Origin: a bacterium
GTDB taxonomy: Bacteria > JAMCPX01
Length of the DNA stretch: 34,037 nt
Assembly: GCA_021789095.1 (NCBI GenBank)
Contig: JAJYJX010000002.1
Location: 1-34,037 of the forward strand
Direction: 5' to 3'
Position numbers and translations under genes: made by a program. Positions 8,367-16,695 of this stretch are shown piece after piece (within the stretch, counting starts at the first letter, position 1; each line of letters begins with the position of its first letter). Below the pieces are notes generated by a model that was given only the letters and a program-made list of their open reading frames with translations, did not search any database and was not told the origin of the DNA.

Positions 8367-9434
8367 TTGCATGAATACAGAGCAAAAGCAAGGCTCTGCG
8401 GGGTGCTTAAAGCGCATGGCTTTTCAATAAAAGACATAGGCGGCCTCCCAACCGCATTCATTGCAACCTACGGCAAGGGCAGGCCGCATATTGCCCTTCT
8501 GGCGGAGTACGACGCACTGGAAGGCATTGGTCATGCATGCGGACATCACCTTATTGCCGCCACATCAGTACTTGCAGGCATAGGCATAGCGCGGGCACTG
8601 CGCCCTTCAAACGGGAAACTATCGGTGATCGGCTGCCCTGCAGAAGAAACCATAGGTGCAAAAGCACTTCTTGTTAAAAAAGGCCTGTTCAGGGATGTAG
8701 ATGCTGCAATGATGATACACCCTTCGGATAAAACAGAGATCGTAAAATTATCACTGTCGCTATCAAGGCTCGGCATTACGTTCAATGGCGTTTCTTCCCA
8801 CGCATCTGCAAACCCATGGAAAGGCAGAAGTGCACTTGCGGGCATGCTGTCTTTGTTCCAGGCGGTTGACACAAACAGGATAACGATGGCTGACGGGAAC
8901 AGGATAAACGGCATTATAAAACAGGGAGGCGCAGCTGCAAACGTCATACCAAACACAACGGAGGCTGAATTTTTTATAAGAGCTGCGGACATCGGATCTC
9001 ACAATGCATTGTTAAAAAGATTTTCAACTATGGTAAGGGGAACCGCCGGCGCCTTCGGACTCGGCTATGCCATAAAACACAAAGGCAATGTTTATTATCC
9101 ATTGAAGCCAAACTTTGCATTTGCACGTGTCTTTGAAACACAGTTGAAAAAGATGCGTATAAAAGTCGACAACTTTTTTACAGACAAGGAGCTCGGCTCT
9201 TCGGATATAGGCAATGTAAGTCATGCAGTCCCTACCCTGCACCCTACACTCGCAATATCCGATGCCCCCTGCCCTGCACATTCAGAGGCGTTCAAAAAAC
9301 AGGCTAATACACCGGGGGCGTACAGGACTATCAAAACAGGGGCCGCACTGCTCGCACTTACCGCGATTGACCTCTACAAAAGCCGGATTCTTCTGTCAGA
9401 ACTAAAAAAGGATCATTATATTAAATATAGTTGA
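8367..9434 (+). CDS. M20 family metallopeptidase / amidohydrolase (AbgB/Pm20d2-like); true 5' end probably upstream of 8367
   Basis: 355-aa ORF from TTG 8367 with GHACGHHLIA and GCPAEE metal-site motifs. The frame stays open and protein-like (AINTARYLYNHPETG) back to 8274, so the listed start is only the first canonical start codon. See findings. Confidence 0.8.
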   Translation: MHEYRAKARLCGVLKAHGFSIKDIGGLPTAFIATYGKGRPHIALLAEYDALEGIGHACGHHLIAATSVLAGIGIARALRPSNGKLSVIGCPAEETIGAKALLVKKGLFRDVDAAMMIHPSDKTEIVKLSLSLSRLGITFNGVSSHASANPWKGRSALAGMLSLFQAVDTNRITMADGNRINGIIKQGGAAANVIPNTTEAEFFIRAADIGSHNALLKRFSTMVRGTAGAFGLGYAIKHKGNVYYPLKPNFAFARVFETQLKKMRIKVDNFFTDKELGSSDIGNVSHAVPTLHPTLAISDAPCPAHSEAFKKQANTPGAYRTIKTGAALLALTAIDLYKSRILLSELKKDHYIKYS

Positions 9435-9494
9435 CCATGAACGCAAAGAGATGATAAGAGGGAGTGTTCATAATCTTAAAAGGAGGAAATTGAG

Positions 9495-9695
9495 ATGGCA
9501 ATGAAGATTACAGAGGAGTGCATCGCCTGTGGTGTATGTGAACCGGAATGTCCGCGAGGCGCCATAACCCCTGGGGATCTGTATATAATAGATCCGGAAA
9601 AATGCACTGAAGATGAAGAAGAGATAAAAGCAGGTAAGATAACCGTACAATATTGCGTTGCAGTTTGCCCTGTAAACTGCATCATAAAAGCCTAA
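9495..9695 (+). CDS. 4Fe-4S dicluster-type ferredoxin (small, YfhL-like)
   Basis: 66-aa ORF. First motif is CIACGVCEPECP. The second half is EKCTED...YCVAVCPVNC. AAGGAGG Shine-Dalgarno sequence upstream. Confidence 0.85.
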   Translation: MAMKITEECIACGVCEPECPRGAITPGDLYIIDPEKCTEDEEEIKAGKITVQYCVAVCPVNCIIKA

Positions 9696-9704
9696 ACCGA
9701 GACA

Positions 9705-9739
9705 AAAGGACGTCCCGCGAAACGCGGGACGTCCTTTTT
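9705..9739 (+). terminator. rho-independent terminator after the ferredoxin gene
   Basis: AAAGGACGTCCCGCG-AAA-CGCGGGACGTCCTTT is a 15-bp perfect stem followed by extra T residues, 10 nt after the stop codon. Confidence 0.85.
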
Positions 9740-9777
9740 CATAGTCTGAAACAATACTGAGAGATCAAAAGATATCA

Positions 9778-10968
9778 ATGGAATCATTATCACTTATAAA
9801 AAAGGGTGCTGTTGAGATCATCCGGGAAGACGAATTAAAAAAGAGACTTTCTTCAAGCAGGCCTCTCAGGGTAAAAGCAGGCTTTGATCCAACCTCTGCA
9901 GACATCCATCTTGGGCATACGGTCCTCATGGAGAAATTAAGGCATTTCCAGCTTGCAGGTCATACCGTGATCTTTCTTATAGGTGATTTTACGGCAATGA
10001 TAGGCGACCCTACAGGCGTATCGGTAACAAGGCCACAGCTCTCAATGGAGCAGGTCATGGAGAACGCAAAGACATACACAAACCAGGCTTTCAAGATACT
10101 CGACAGGGAAAAAACTGAGGTAAGATATAATTCTGAATGGTACACGAAGCTCAACATGGAGGAGCTTATAAAGATTGCATCAAGGTACACCCTGGCAAGA
10201 CTGCTCGAACGGGACGACTTTACAAAGCGGTATAACGAAAAAAAGCCTATTGGTATACATGAACTGCTTTACCCCTTAATGCAGGGATACGACTCTGTAA
10301 TGCTGAAGGCAGATGTGGAGATAGGCGGATCCGATCAGAAATTCAATCTCCTTGTCGGAAGAGCATTGCAGGAGGCTTACAACCAGCCCCCCCAGGTGGT
10401 ACTCACCATGCCCCTTCTCCCGGGACTGGACGGCATAAAAAAGATGAGTAAATCATACGGGAATTACATCGGGATTGACGAGCCTGTTGACATGGTATTC
10501 GGTAAGATCATGAGCATATCCGATGAACTTATGTGGAAATACTACGAGCTGCTTACCGAGCTGCCCCAGGATGAGATCGAGAAATTAAAAGATCAATCCA
10601 TAAAGAAAAAGATAAACCCTATGGAGATAAAAAAACAGCTGGCGTTTATGCTGTGCAAAAGATTTTATTCCGGTGATGAAGCACAGCATGCCAGAGAATC
10701 ATTTGAAACGGTGTTCTCCAGAAAAGAGGTTCCTGACAGCATGGATGAGTTTACATTACAATCAAGCACAGGCACCGTTCTTGTTTATCAAGTCCTTGTA
10801 GATGCCGGTATTGCTCCAAGCAAATCAGAGGCGAAGAGACTTATCCTGGGCAGTGCAGTGAATATAAACGGTGCGCCTGTACATGACATATTCCGCAAGA
10901 TAGAGGCCAGGGGTAGCTATATTGTGCAGGCTGGCAAGAGAAAACCGTTCAGAATTGTATTTGTGTAA
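9778..10968 (+). CDS. tyrS: tyrosine--tRNA ligase
   Basis: 396-aa ORF with class I signatures HLGH and KMSKS, GFDPT, GGSDQ, and a C-terminal S4-like domain. Confidence 0.95.
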   Translation: MESLSLIKKGAVEIIREDELKKRLSSSRPLRVKAGFDPTSADIHLGHTVLMEKLRHFQLAGHTVIFLIGDFTAMIGDPTGVSVTRPQLSMEQVMENAKTYTNQAFKILDREKTEVRYNSEWYTKLNMEELIKIASRYTLARLLERDDFTKRYNEKKPIGIHELLYPLMQGYDSVMLKADVEIGGSDQKFNLLVGRALQEAYNQPPQVVLTMPLLPGLDGIKKMSKSYGNYIGIDEPVDMVFGKIMSISDELMWKYYELLTELPQDEIEKLKDQSIKKKINPMEIKKQLAFMLCKRFYSGDEAQHARESFETVFSRKEVPDSMDEFTLQSSTGTVLVYQVLVDAGIAPSKSEAKRLILGSAVNINGAPVHDIFRKIEARGSYIVQAGKRKPFRIVFV

Positions 10969-11047
10969 ACCCTGTTACACCTGTCACGAAAAACGGAGCG
11001 TTGTCCAATAATGACGAGTATAAGAAATAAAGCAGGTGTAACGGGGT
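10969..11047 (+). repeat. long-range inverted repeat (15-bp stem, 49-nt loop) immediately after tyrS
   Basis: ACCCTGTTACACCTG (10969-10983) pairs with CAGGTGTAACGGGGT (11033-11047), with one G-U pair. It starts 1 nt after the tyrS stop. Confidence 0.6.
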
Positions 11048-11074
11048 AAATCAACGCACATTTTTAAAAATCTA

Positions 11075-11102
11075 TTGACCGGTAACTTTATAAGTTTATA
11101 TT
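11075..11102 (+). promoter_or_regulatory. sigma70-type promoter for the rubrerythrin-like gene pair
   Basis: TTGACC (11075-11080), 16-nt spacer, TATATT (11097-11102). AAGGAGAG Shine-Dalgarno sequence and ATG 11140 lie downstream. Confidence 0.45.
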
Positions 11103-11139
11103 CTTTATTATGCGGACATTGAATCTTTAAGGAGAGTGT

Positions 11140-11592
11140 ATGGTGAATCAGTATAAAGATATATTGGAGTTTGCTATAGAACGGGAAATGGATGCTTATA
11201 CCTTCTATACCCAGGCTCAAAAACTTGCTAAAACTACAAATGCCAGGACATTCTTTGACCAGCTGGCAAAGCAGGAACTCGTGCATAAGCAAAAGCTTGA
11301 AGCCATGAGACTTTCCAGTGAACTTTTAATGGATCTCTCTGTACTGAACATTGATGACTACAAAAATGACGAGGCATTTTCGCCTGATATGCAGTTCCAT
11401 ATGGAGTATCAACAGATACTTTTGCTTGCCATAAAAAGGGAAAATTTGTCTGTACGTTTATATACAGATATGCGCGGGGCTGTAAAAGATTCAGAAGGAA
11501 AGCAATTGTTTGACAGGCTTATAAAAGAAGAAGAAGCGCATCGCGATGCGCTTCAGATCGAATACGATGCATACGTTCTTACGGAAGACTAG
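11140..11592 (+). CDS. ferritin-like diiron protein, rubrerythrin family (no rubredoxin domain)
   Basis: 150-aa ORF with two ExxH diiron motifs (AKQELVHK, EEEAHRD) in a four-helix-bundle-like sequence (AIEREMDAYTFY). Confidence 0.7.
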   Translation: MVNQYKDILEFAIEREMDAYTFYTQAQKLAKTTNARTFFDQLAKQELVHKQKLEAMRLSSELLMDLSVLNIDDYKNDEAFSPDMQFHMEYQQILLLAIKRENLSVRLYTDMRGAVKDSEGKQLFDRLIKEEEAHRDALQIEYDAYVLTED

Positions 11593-12126
11593 ATGAGAGG
11601 AGAATACATGGAAAACAGAGAAAAAGAGCTTTTAAAGGTATTAAGAACAGCCGATGAGGCAGAAAAAGAGGCGCTTTTAACCTATCTTAAGTTTGCAAGG
11701 CAGACAAAAGATATAGGCGGTAAAAACATGTTCATACGGCTTGCGACAGACGAATTCGGACACATGACGCTCTTGGACAATCAGATAAATAATGTCATTG
11801 CCGAGAAGGGATGGCGGTCAATAGAAATAGACAAATCAGCCGTAGAACCATTGATTCCGAAAATAAGCCAGAAGGATATTCAGACCATGGGTAAGGCAAA
11901 TGCAAATGAGCTTGCCGCACTTGAAACAGCCAGGGCGCTTGAACAGCGTGCCATTAACTATTATTCTACCAATGCAAAGAATGCAGCGTTCCCGGAGATA
12001 CAGGCAACCTTCAAGAGGCTCGCCGAGATGGAGGAAGCGCATTACACGATGATCCAGGCGGAGATTGACAACATAAAGAAAACGGGATTCTGGTTTGATA
12101 CAATGGAGTTTTCCGTAGAGATGTAA
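11593..12126 (+). CDS. ferritin-like diiron protein, rubrerythrin family (paralogue of the preceding gene)
   Basis: 177-aa ORF with ExxH motifs (TDEFGHM, MEEAHYT). ATG 11593 abuts the upstream TAG. ATG 11608 is preceded by AGAGGAG and is the more likely start. Confidence 0.7.
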   Translation: MRGEYMENREKELLKVLRTADEAEKEALLTYLKFARQTKDIGGKNMFIRLATDEFGHMTLLDNQINNVIAEKGWRSIEIDKSAVEPLIPKISQKDIQTMGKANANELAALETARALEQRAINYYSTNAKNAAFPEIQATFKRLAEMEEAHYTMIQAEIDNIKKTGFWFDTMEFSVEM

Positions 12127-12154
12127 ATCCCTTTAGAAAGAGAAGTTCTTGGGG

Positions 12155-14377
12155 TTAATGTTTCGGAAGGCAGCTTTTCAGAAACCTGCCTTCCATGTAT
12201 ATATGCTTTTCAAGCGAAATCTTCCCTCCGTAGATCATGGTATACGCCGCCAGATCTGCAATGATACTTTTTATGTAATGCCTCGTTTCACTAAACGGTA
12301 TATCTTCTATAAATTCATCCGTGTTGCATGTGGTCGAACCGGCAAGCCACTTATCAACAGCCTTGCCCCCGGCATTATAAGCAGCAAGAGCAAGCACATA
12401 ATTATCCCTGTACTTTGTCATAAGCTGCCTGAAATGCCATATACCGATACCGATATTTATCTGCGGATCGAAGAGTACCTGTGATGAGAACGGCGTTATT
12501 GATATGTTCTTGGCCACCATTGAAGCGGTGTAAGGCATAAGCTGCATTATACCAATCGCACCTGCATCAGAAACGGCATCCGCTTTGTACCTGCTTTCCT
12601 GCAGTATGATTGCGTATATAAGAGCCGGGTCCAGATTGTATCTTGACGAATATGCTTCTATTATGCGTGAGTAACCTGCCGGGTAGCTGTAAAACCAAAC
12701 AGGCATGGTGCCCTGTGTAAATGTTTGCAGCATGTCCCCCAGTTCGGTACGGGCAATGTAAAGGCTGCGGTAATAATCACCGTTGCTGTAATACGCCTGG
12801 CACAGCAAAAGGTATTCATCCGCAGAGAGTTTCTGATGCGCAAGTAAGTCAAGTTCGTTCCAGGCTTCTTTCGTCATGCCGAGAGATTCGAGAAACCTAT
12901 ATCTGGAATAATGGTAATTGAACAATTTTCCTCTGCCCGACTGTATCCGCATATCTATACTATTTGCCTCATACGTCAATGTATTTTCACCTGCCCACAT
13001 GTTTGACATGATTGTATAGTAATTCACAGGTAGTGTATTCGCTATGTCAAAAAAAATAGAACTTGCTTTCTCTGTTTCACCGCGTTTCAACAAAGTCCTT
13101 GCATACCAGTATTTAGCCTTTATCTTCCCATACTGGTCGCTGTATCTGGAATGCTGCATTTTACCAAAATAGTGAACGGCACGTCGGAAATCATTCTCTG
13201 AATAGAAAAGCCATCCAAGGTGCCAGTACGCATCAAGCGAGAATGGCGTGCCTGTAGCAGCAAGCTTTAACAGCCAATATTCCACATTTTTTTTATCGCT
13301 GTTATCATTGTATAGGGAATACAGCTTGTACATCGCCATAGAGGCATAGCTGCTCTTCGTGTAAGCAACCTGCATAAATGTGCTTATTGCGGAATCTCTG
13401 TCGCCGGTTTTCAAAAAAGCCTTGCCGAGCCAGAACATTGCTTCCGTATAGCTGTGTTTATCCTGATTATAGTGCAGTGACAACTTCAGTACAGGTATCG
13501 CATCGGCATACATGCCGGTATTGTAATATATGATACCGATGCTCTTGTAGATTTCCGACAGTTTATCATTGTCTTTTTCCGACAACGCCTCATGAACAGC
13601 TGCATTCAGTTCACCCAATGCAGAAGAATACCTGCCGTCCATCATAAGCAGTCTTGCCGTCTGATAGTGGTCAATATTCAGTGTGCTTGTATCCGTCAGG
13701 GTGCCGAGCGCGCTAAAGGCAAAAGCTGCGGATGGCGAGCCGGGAAACTGTGTATATACTCTGACATAATTGCTTATGCCATTCTGTTTATCCCCTGTAC
13801 TTATATAAAGTGCAGCCATTGAAGTGAGCATCTCGGGAAGCTGGTTGTAGAACGATGGATTCGTTATATATTCACCGTAAAGGCTTATCGCATCGTTGTA
13901 CAGCTTTAGTTCAGACATGCACTGGCCCATAAGCTGGATAGAAGGCTTATAAAAAATACTCTCGGTATAATGTGCGGCAATATTTTTCAGATACAGGAGT
14001 GCATTGCCGCAGTCACCCGAACCCTCGTAGCTTTCAGCCATATACCAGTTTATGTAATCATGGATACTCATGTTTTGGGAAAGCAGCTTCCTGAAGTGTG
14101 CCTGCGCGTCCTTGTAATTTCCTGTTTTGTAACCAATGACCCCTTTGATAAAATCAAACCTCCGCAAAGTTTCGGGTGTCATACCCGATGTATCTATATA
14201 TTTTATCTCTTTGCCTGCGAGCGCGTAATTCTCAGCAGAGACGGCCTGCGTGACATCATTGATGGTATACTGTTTCTTTATGAGTATCGGGCTGACAATA
14301 CTGCACGAAACTGTTGAAACGATTAAAAACGGAATAAAAGATATCCTCAGTGTTCTAAAAATTATTTTCAAATACAT
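12155..14377 (-). CDS. lytic transglycosylase domain-containing protein (Slt70-like: superhelical TPR-like N-terminal region plus SLT domain)
   Basis: 740-aa ORF. The C-terminal SLT catalytic block is ILQESRYKADAVSDAGAIGIMQLMP...AYNAG. N-terminal signal sequence, then a long helical-repeat region. Confidence 0.85.
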   Translation of the reverse strand: MYLKIIFRTLRISFIPFLIVSTVSCSIVSPILIKKQYTINDVTQAVSAENYALAGKEIKYIDTSGMTPETLRRFDFIKGVIGYKTGNYKDAQAHFRKLLSQNMSIHDYINWYMAESYEGSGDCGNALLYLKNIAAHYTESIFYKPSIQLMGQCMSELKLYNDAISLYGEYITNPSFYNQLPEMLTSMAALYISTGDKQNGISNYVRVYTQFPGSPSAAFAFSALGTLTDTSTLNIDHYQTARLLMMDGRYSSALGELNAAVHEALSEKDNDKLSEIYKSIGIIYYNTGMYADAIPVLKLSLHYNQDKHSYTEAMFWLGKAFLKTGDRDSAISTFMQVAYTKSSYASMAMYKLYSLYNDNSDKKNVEYWLLKLAATGTPFSLDAYWHLGWLFYSENDFRRAVHYFGKMQHSRYSDQYGKIKAKYWYARTLLKRGETEKASSIFFDIANTLPVNYYTIMSNMWAGENTLTYEANSIDMRIQSGRGKLFNYHYSRYRFLESLGMTKEAWNELDLLAHQKLSADEYLLLCQAYYSNGDYYRSLYIARTELGDMLQTFTQGTMPVWFYSYPAGYSRIIEAYSSRYNLDPALIYAIILQESRYKADAVSDAGAIGIMQLMPYTASMVAKNISITPFSSQVLFDPQINIGIGIWHFRQLMTKYRDNYVLALAAYNAGGKAVDKWLAGSTTCNTDEFIEDIPFSETRHYIKSIIADLAAYTMIYGGKISLEKHIYMEGRFLKSCLPKH

Positions 14378-14387
14378 GCTTCTGTGA

Positions 14388-15161
14388 TCAGTGCGGCAGC
14401 TTTAGTCTGATTACCTCTGATTTAATCCTGTTGTGCTCGACCTGTTTATTGTCAAGAATGACATTCAGACCTTCCGCATTCCCGACAATGAGCATTGCTG
14501 TTCCCGTAAATTTCCAGGAAACGGCATCACCGGGATTTAACAGGGCTTCCTGTGCTGTCCCTTCTTCATTGTTTTGGACAAGTCTTACCCATGTGTCCTC
14601 TGTCGCCTTTAAAAGCAACGTGTGAAGCTTTGCCGGCTGTGTGAATGCCCCGGAGGAGGTGATCGGTAAAACTGTCGTAGTGGTAATTTCAGCCGCTTGC
14701 TGCTTTGCAGGTTGTTCCGTTACCGTGCCTGTAAAGACAGGCTCTTGAATTTCCTTTTCACTGCCCTGCGGCGGTGTGCCGCCAATAGAACCCATTATTG
14801 AATAGTAGACCGCCAACCCAACAACACTTGCAGCAGCCAGACCGAGCACAACCGTGATAAAAAGCCTTTGCCTGTTTTCCCTGTTATAGAACCTCTTTTT
14901 CTGGGGCTGGGGAGCTTCTTTAAATTTTTCGTCGTAAAATTGCTGGAAATAATTTACGGTTTTATCAGGATCAAGACCTATATAATTACAGTATGCCCGT
15001 ATAAATCCCTTAACAAATGCTGCGTCGGGAAGTTCATCATAATTGTCTGTTTCTATTGCCTGAAGATAAGCTTTTTTTATCCTGGTTATCTTTGCTATCT
15101 CGTTCAATTCAATATGTCTGAGTTCCCTCTCTCTTCTGAGGAACTCTCCGAAACTGTCCAT
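14388..15161 (-). CDS. rodZ: RodZ-like helix-turn-helix cytoskeleton protein
   Basis: 257-aa ORF. N-terminal XRE-type HTH (FGEFLRRERELRHIELNEIAKITRIKKAYLQAIE...FVKGFIRAY), a single TM helix, and a C-terminal DUF4115-like beta domain. Confidence 0.75.
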   Translation of the reverse strand: MDSFGEFLRRERELRHIELNEIAKITRIKKAYLQAIETDNYDELPDAAFVKGFIRAYCNYIGLDPDKTVNYFQQFYDEKFKEAPQPQKKRFYNRENRQRLFITVVLGLAAASVVGLAVYYSIMGSIGGTPPQGSEKEIQEPVFTGTVTEQPAKQQAAEITTTTVLPITSSGAFTQPAKLHTLLLKATEDTWVRLVQNNEEGTAQEALLNPGDAVSWKFTGTAMLIVGNAEGLNVILDNKQVEHNRIKSEVIRLKLPH

Positions 15162-15162
15162 G

Positions 15163-15933
15163 TTATCTTAACATTTTAATATATTTTTTTGCATCCGCGG
15201 CAAAGGGGCTTTCGGGTGCCACTTTCAGCACTGTTTCAAACTGATTTCTTGCTTCAGTGTAATTCCTGCCCTTCATGTATGCCACACCAAGGTTTAGGTG
15301 CGCCTCTGCGTATCCTTTATAATAATATATCGCTGTCTTGAATTCGTACTCGGCGTGTTGCAGCATATTTTTCCTTAAATAAATAAGTCCCATGTTGTTA
15401 TGGGCGATGGGCAGGTCCGGAACTATATCAATGGCACTTTGATAAGCTTTTTGTGCTCTATCAAGCTGGCCTTTCTGATAATAAGCCCAACCAATATTAA
15501 CCCAAGCTATATGAGGCGACATGTATAACGGATTTGCAAGGGCTGAATGGAATGCATTTATTGCGTCGTCCCATTTTGAATCACTGAGGTAAAGCACGCC
15601 CAGATTGTTGTATGCATCGGAGTAATTTTTATTTAATCCTGTTGCCTTCTTGTAAGATGCTTCCGCCTGGGACTTCATACCTTCACCGTAGTATGCAAGC
15701 CCCAATGCATTGTATGTTAATGCATCATCAGGGTTCATCCTTTCTGCCGCTGATAGCCGTTGTATGGCGCCTGGATAATCGCTCTTGTTCAGGAGCATAA
15801 CACCGAGGTCGTAGTTCAAGCTTGCCTGTTTGATCAATTCAGGATCCCTGGTTGAACAACCGGTTGCAAGTACACCTATTGCAAACAGGGCGGATAAAAA
15901 AATTAAAATAAACTTAGAATCTTTGCCAGCCAC
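15163..15933 (-). CDS. tetratricopeptide-repeat lipoprotein (PilW/PilF-like)
   Basis: 256-aa ORF. GTG start preceded by GGAGG with a 6-nt spacer. Lipobox LATGC|S. Multiple TPR units (AxxxYNxLGxxY repeated). Confidence 0.8.
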   Translation of the reverse strand: MAGKDSKFILIFLSALFAIGVLATGCSTRDPELIKQASLNYDLGVMLLNKSDYPGAIQRLSAAERMNPDDALTYNALGLAYYGEGMKSQAEASYKKATGLNKNYSDAYNNLGVLYLSDSKWDDAINAFHSALANPLYMSPHIAWVNIGWAYYQKGQLDRAQKAYQSAIDIVPDLPIAHNNMGLIYLRKNMLQHAEYEFKTAIYYYKGYAEAHLNLGVAYMKGRNYTEARNQFETVLKVAPESPFAADAKKYIKMLR

Positions 15934-16436
15934 TGCTTACCTCCTTTATTATTCACTGCCTCTTCCGATGCCTTTACAGGTGAATGATCCGCACCTGTCT
16001 CCTCGTACACTGTGTCAAGCATTAGTTCATCCCCTGTCGGAGTGCCTTTGTACATCTTCAGATCTTCCATAAAGACAGGTATAGTCTTTACTATCTCCTC
16101 TCGCTGCCCGGGCGATTCGCCAAGTTCGATCCTTTCCATAATAAATCCCATACTGCCTGTAAAATCAAGCGCATCATTAAAAACAGCCTTTGCATTTACA
16201 AGTTCTACATCCCCTGTTTCATTGGTATAAAAAACACCCTCCCTGCTCTGTTCCCTGAAAAGATATATGTATATCTGCATCTTTTTATCTCTTTTTATCG
16301 CAATAACATATGCCCACGTTGGTTCCGGAGATTTATCGGGCAGGGCTATAACGGGCTGGTTTACCGAACCATGAATTTCCCACACCTTATTGACAAAGGA
16401 TGCCAAATTCTTGATCGATGCATTACTTATAAACAT
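15903..16436 (-). CDS. hypothetical protein (acidic, cytoplasmic, no domain recognised)
   Basis: 177-aa ORF. ATG preceded by GGAGA with a 4-nt spacer. It overlaps the next gene by 31 nt and that overlap contains the next gene's Shine-Dalgarno sequence. No motif I can assign. Confidence 0.6.
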   Translation of the reverse strand: MFISNASIKNLASFVNKVWEIHGSVNQPVIALPDKSPEPTWAYVIAIKRDKKMQIYIYLFREQSREGVFYTNETGDVELVNAKAVFNDALDFTGSMGFIMERIELGESPGQREEIVKTIPVFMEDLKMYKGTPTGDELMLDTVYEETGADHSPVKASEEAVNNKGGKQWLAKILSLF

Positions 16437-16457
16437 ACTGTCTCCAATCTGTTATAA

Positions 16458-16531
16458 TGCCCCCGACAGGAGTCGAACCTGCGGCACAGGGATTAGGAAT
16501 CCCTTGCTCTATCCAACTGAGCTACGGGGGC
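16458..16531 (-). tRNA. tRNA-Arg (anticodon CCT)
   Basis: The minus strand reads GCCCCCGTAGCTCAGTTGGATAGAGCAAGGGATTCCTAATCCCTGTGCCGCAGGTTCGACTCCTGTCGGGGGCA. It folds as a cloverleaf with anticodon loop TTCCTAA and a GTTCGA T-loop. CCA is not encoded. Confidence 0.9.
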
Positions 16532-16695
16532 ATGCGTTAAAACTTACCATAATAATAACTACATTTAAAATGCTTTTGGCAAGCAAATGAGGCAATCCTT
16601 CCTGGTTATCAAAAAAAGTTCAACAGCAAGGTTTGCGAGTGAGTGAAAAACTTCGTTCCTTTTCAAGTGAACGTTTTGGGGTTATAGCTCTTTGT

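Noticed and set aside
9740-9777. T-box or other leader riboswitch upstream of tyrS.
   Set aside because: Only about 38 nt separate the ferredoxin terminator from the tyrS ATG, far too short for a T-box. No specifier or antiterminator features are present.
10984-11292. 102-aa minus-strand ORF across the tyrS/rubrerythrin intergenic region.
   Set aside because: It overlaps the predicted promoter, the Shine-Dalgarno sequence and the first 50 codons of the well-supported plus-strand rubrerythrin-like gene. It has no ribosome-binding site, and its sequence is low-complexity.
16458-16531. tRNA-Arg (and tRNA-Phe at 22607-22679) as possible integration sites for genomic islands.
   Set aside because: No integrase or recombinase gene flanks either tRNA. 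I saw no direct repeat of either tRNA 3' end nearby. The flanking genes are housekeeping or part of tight operons.
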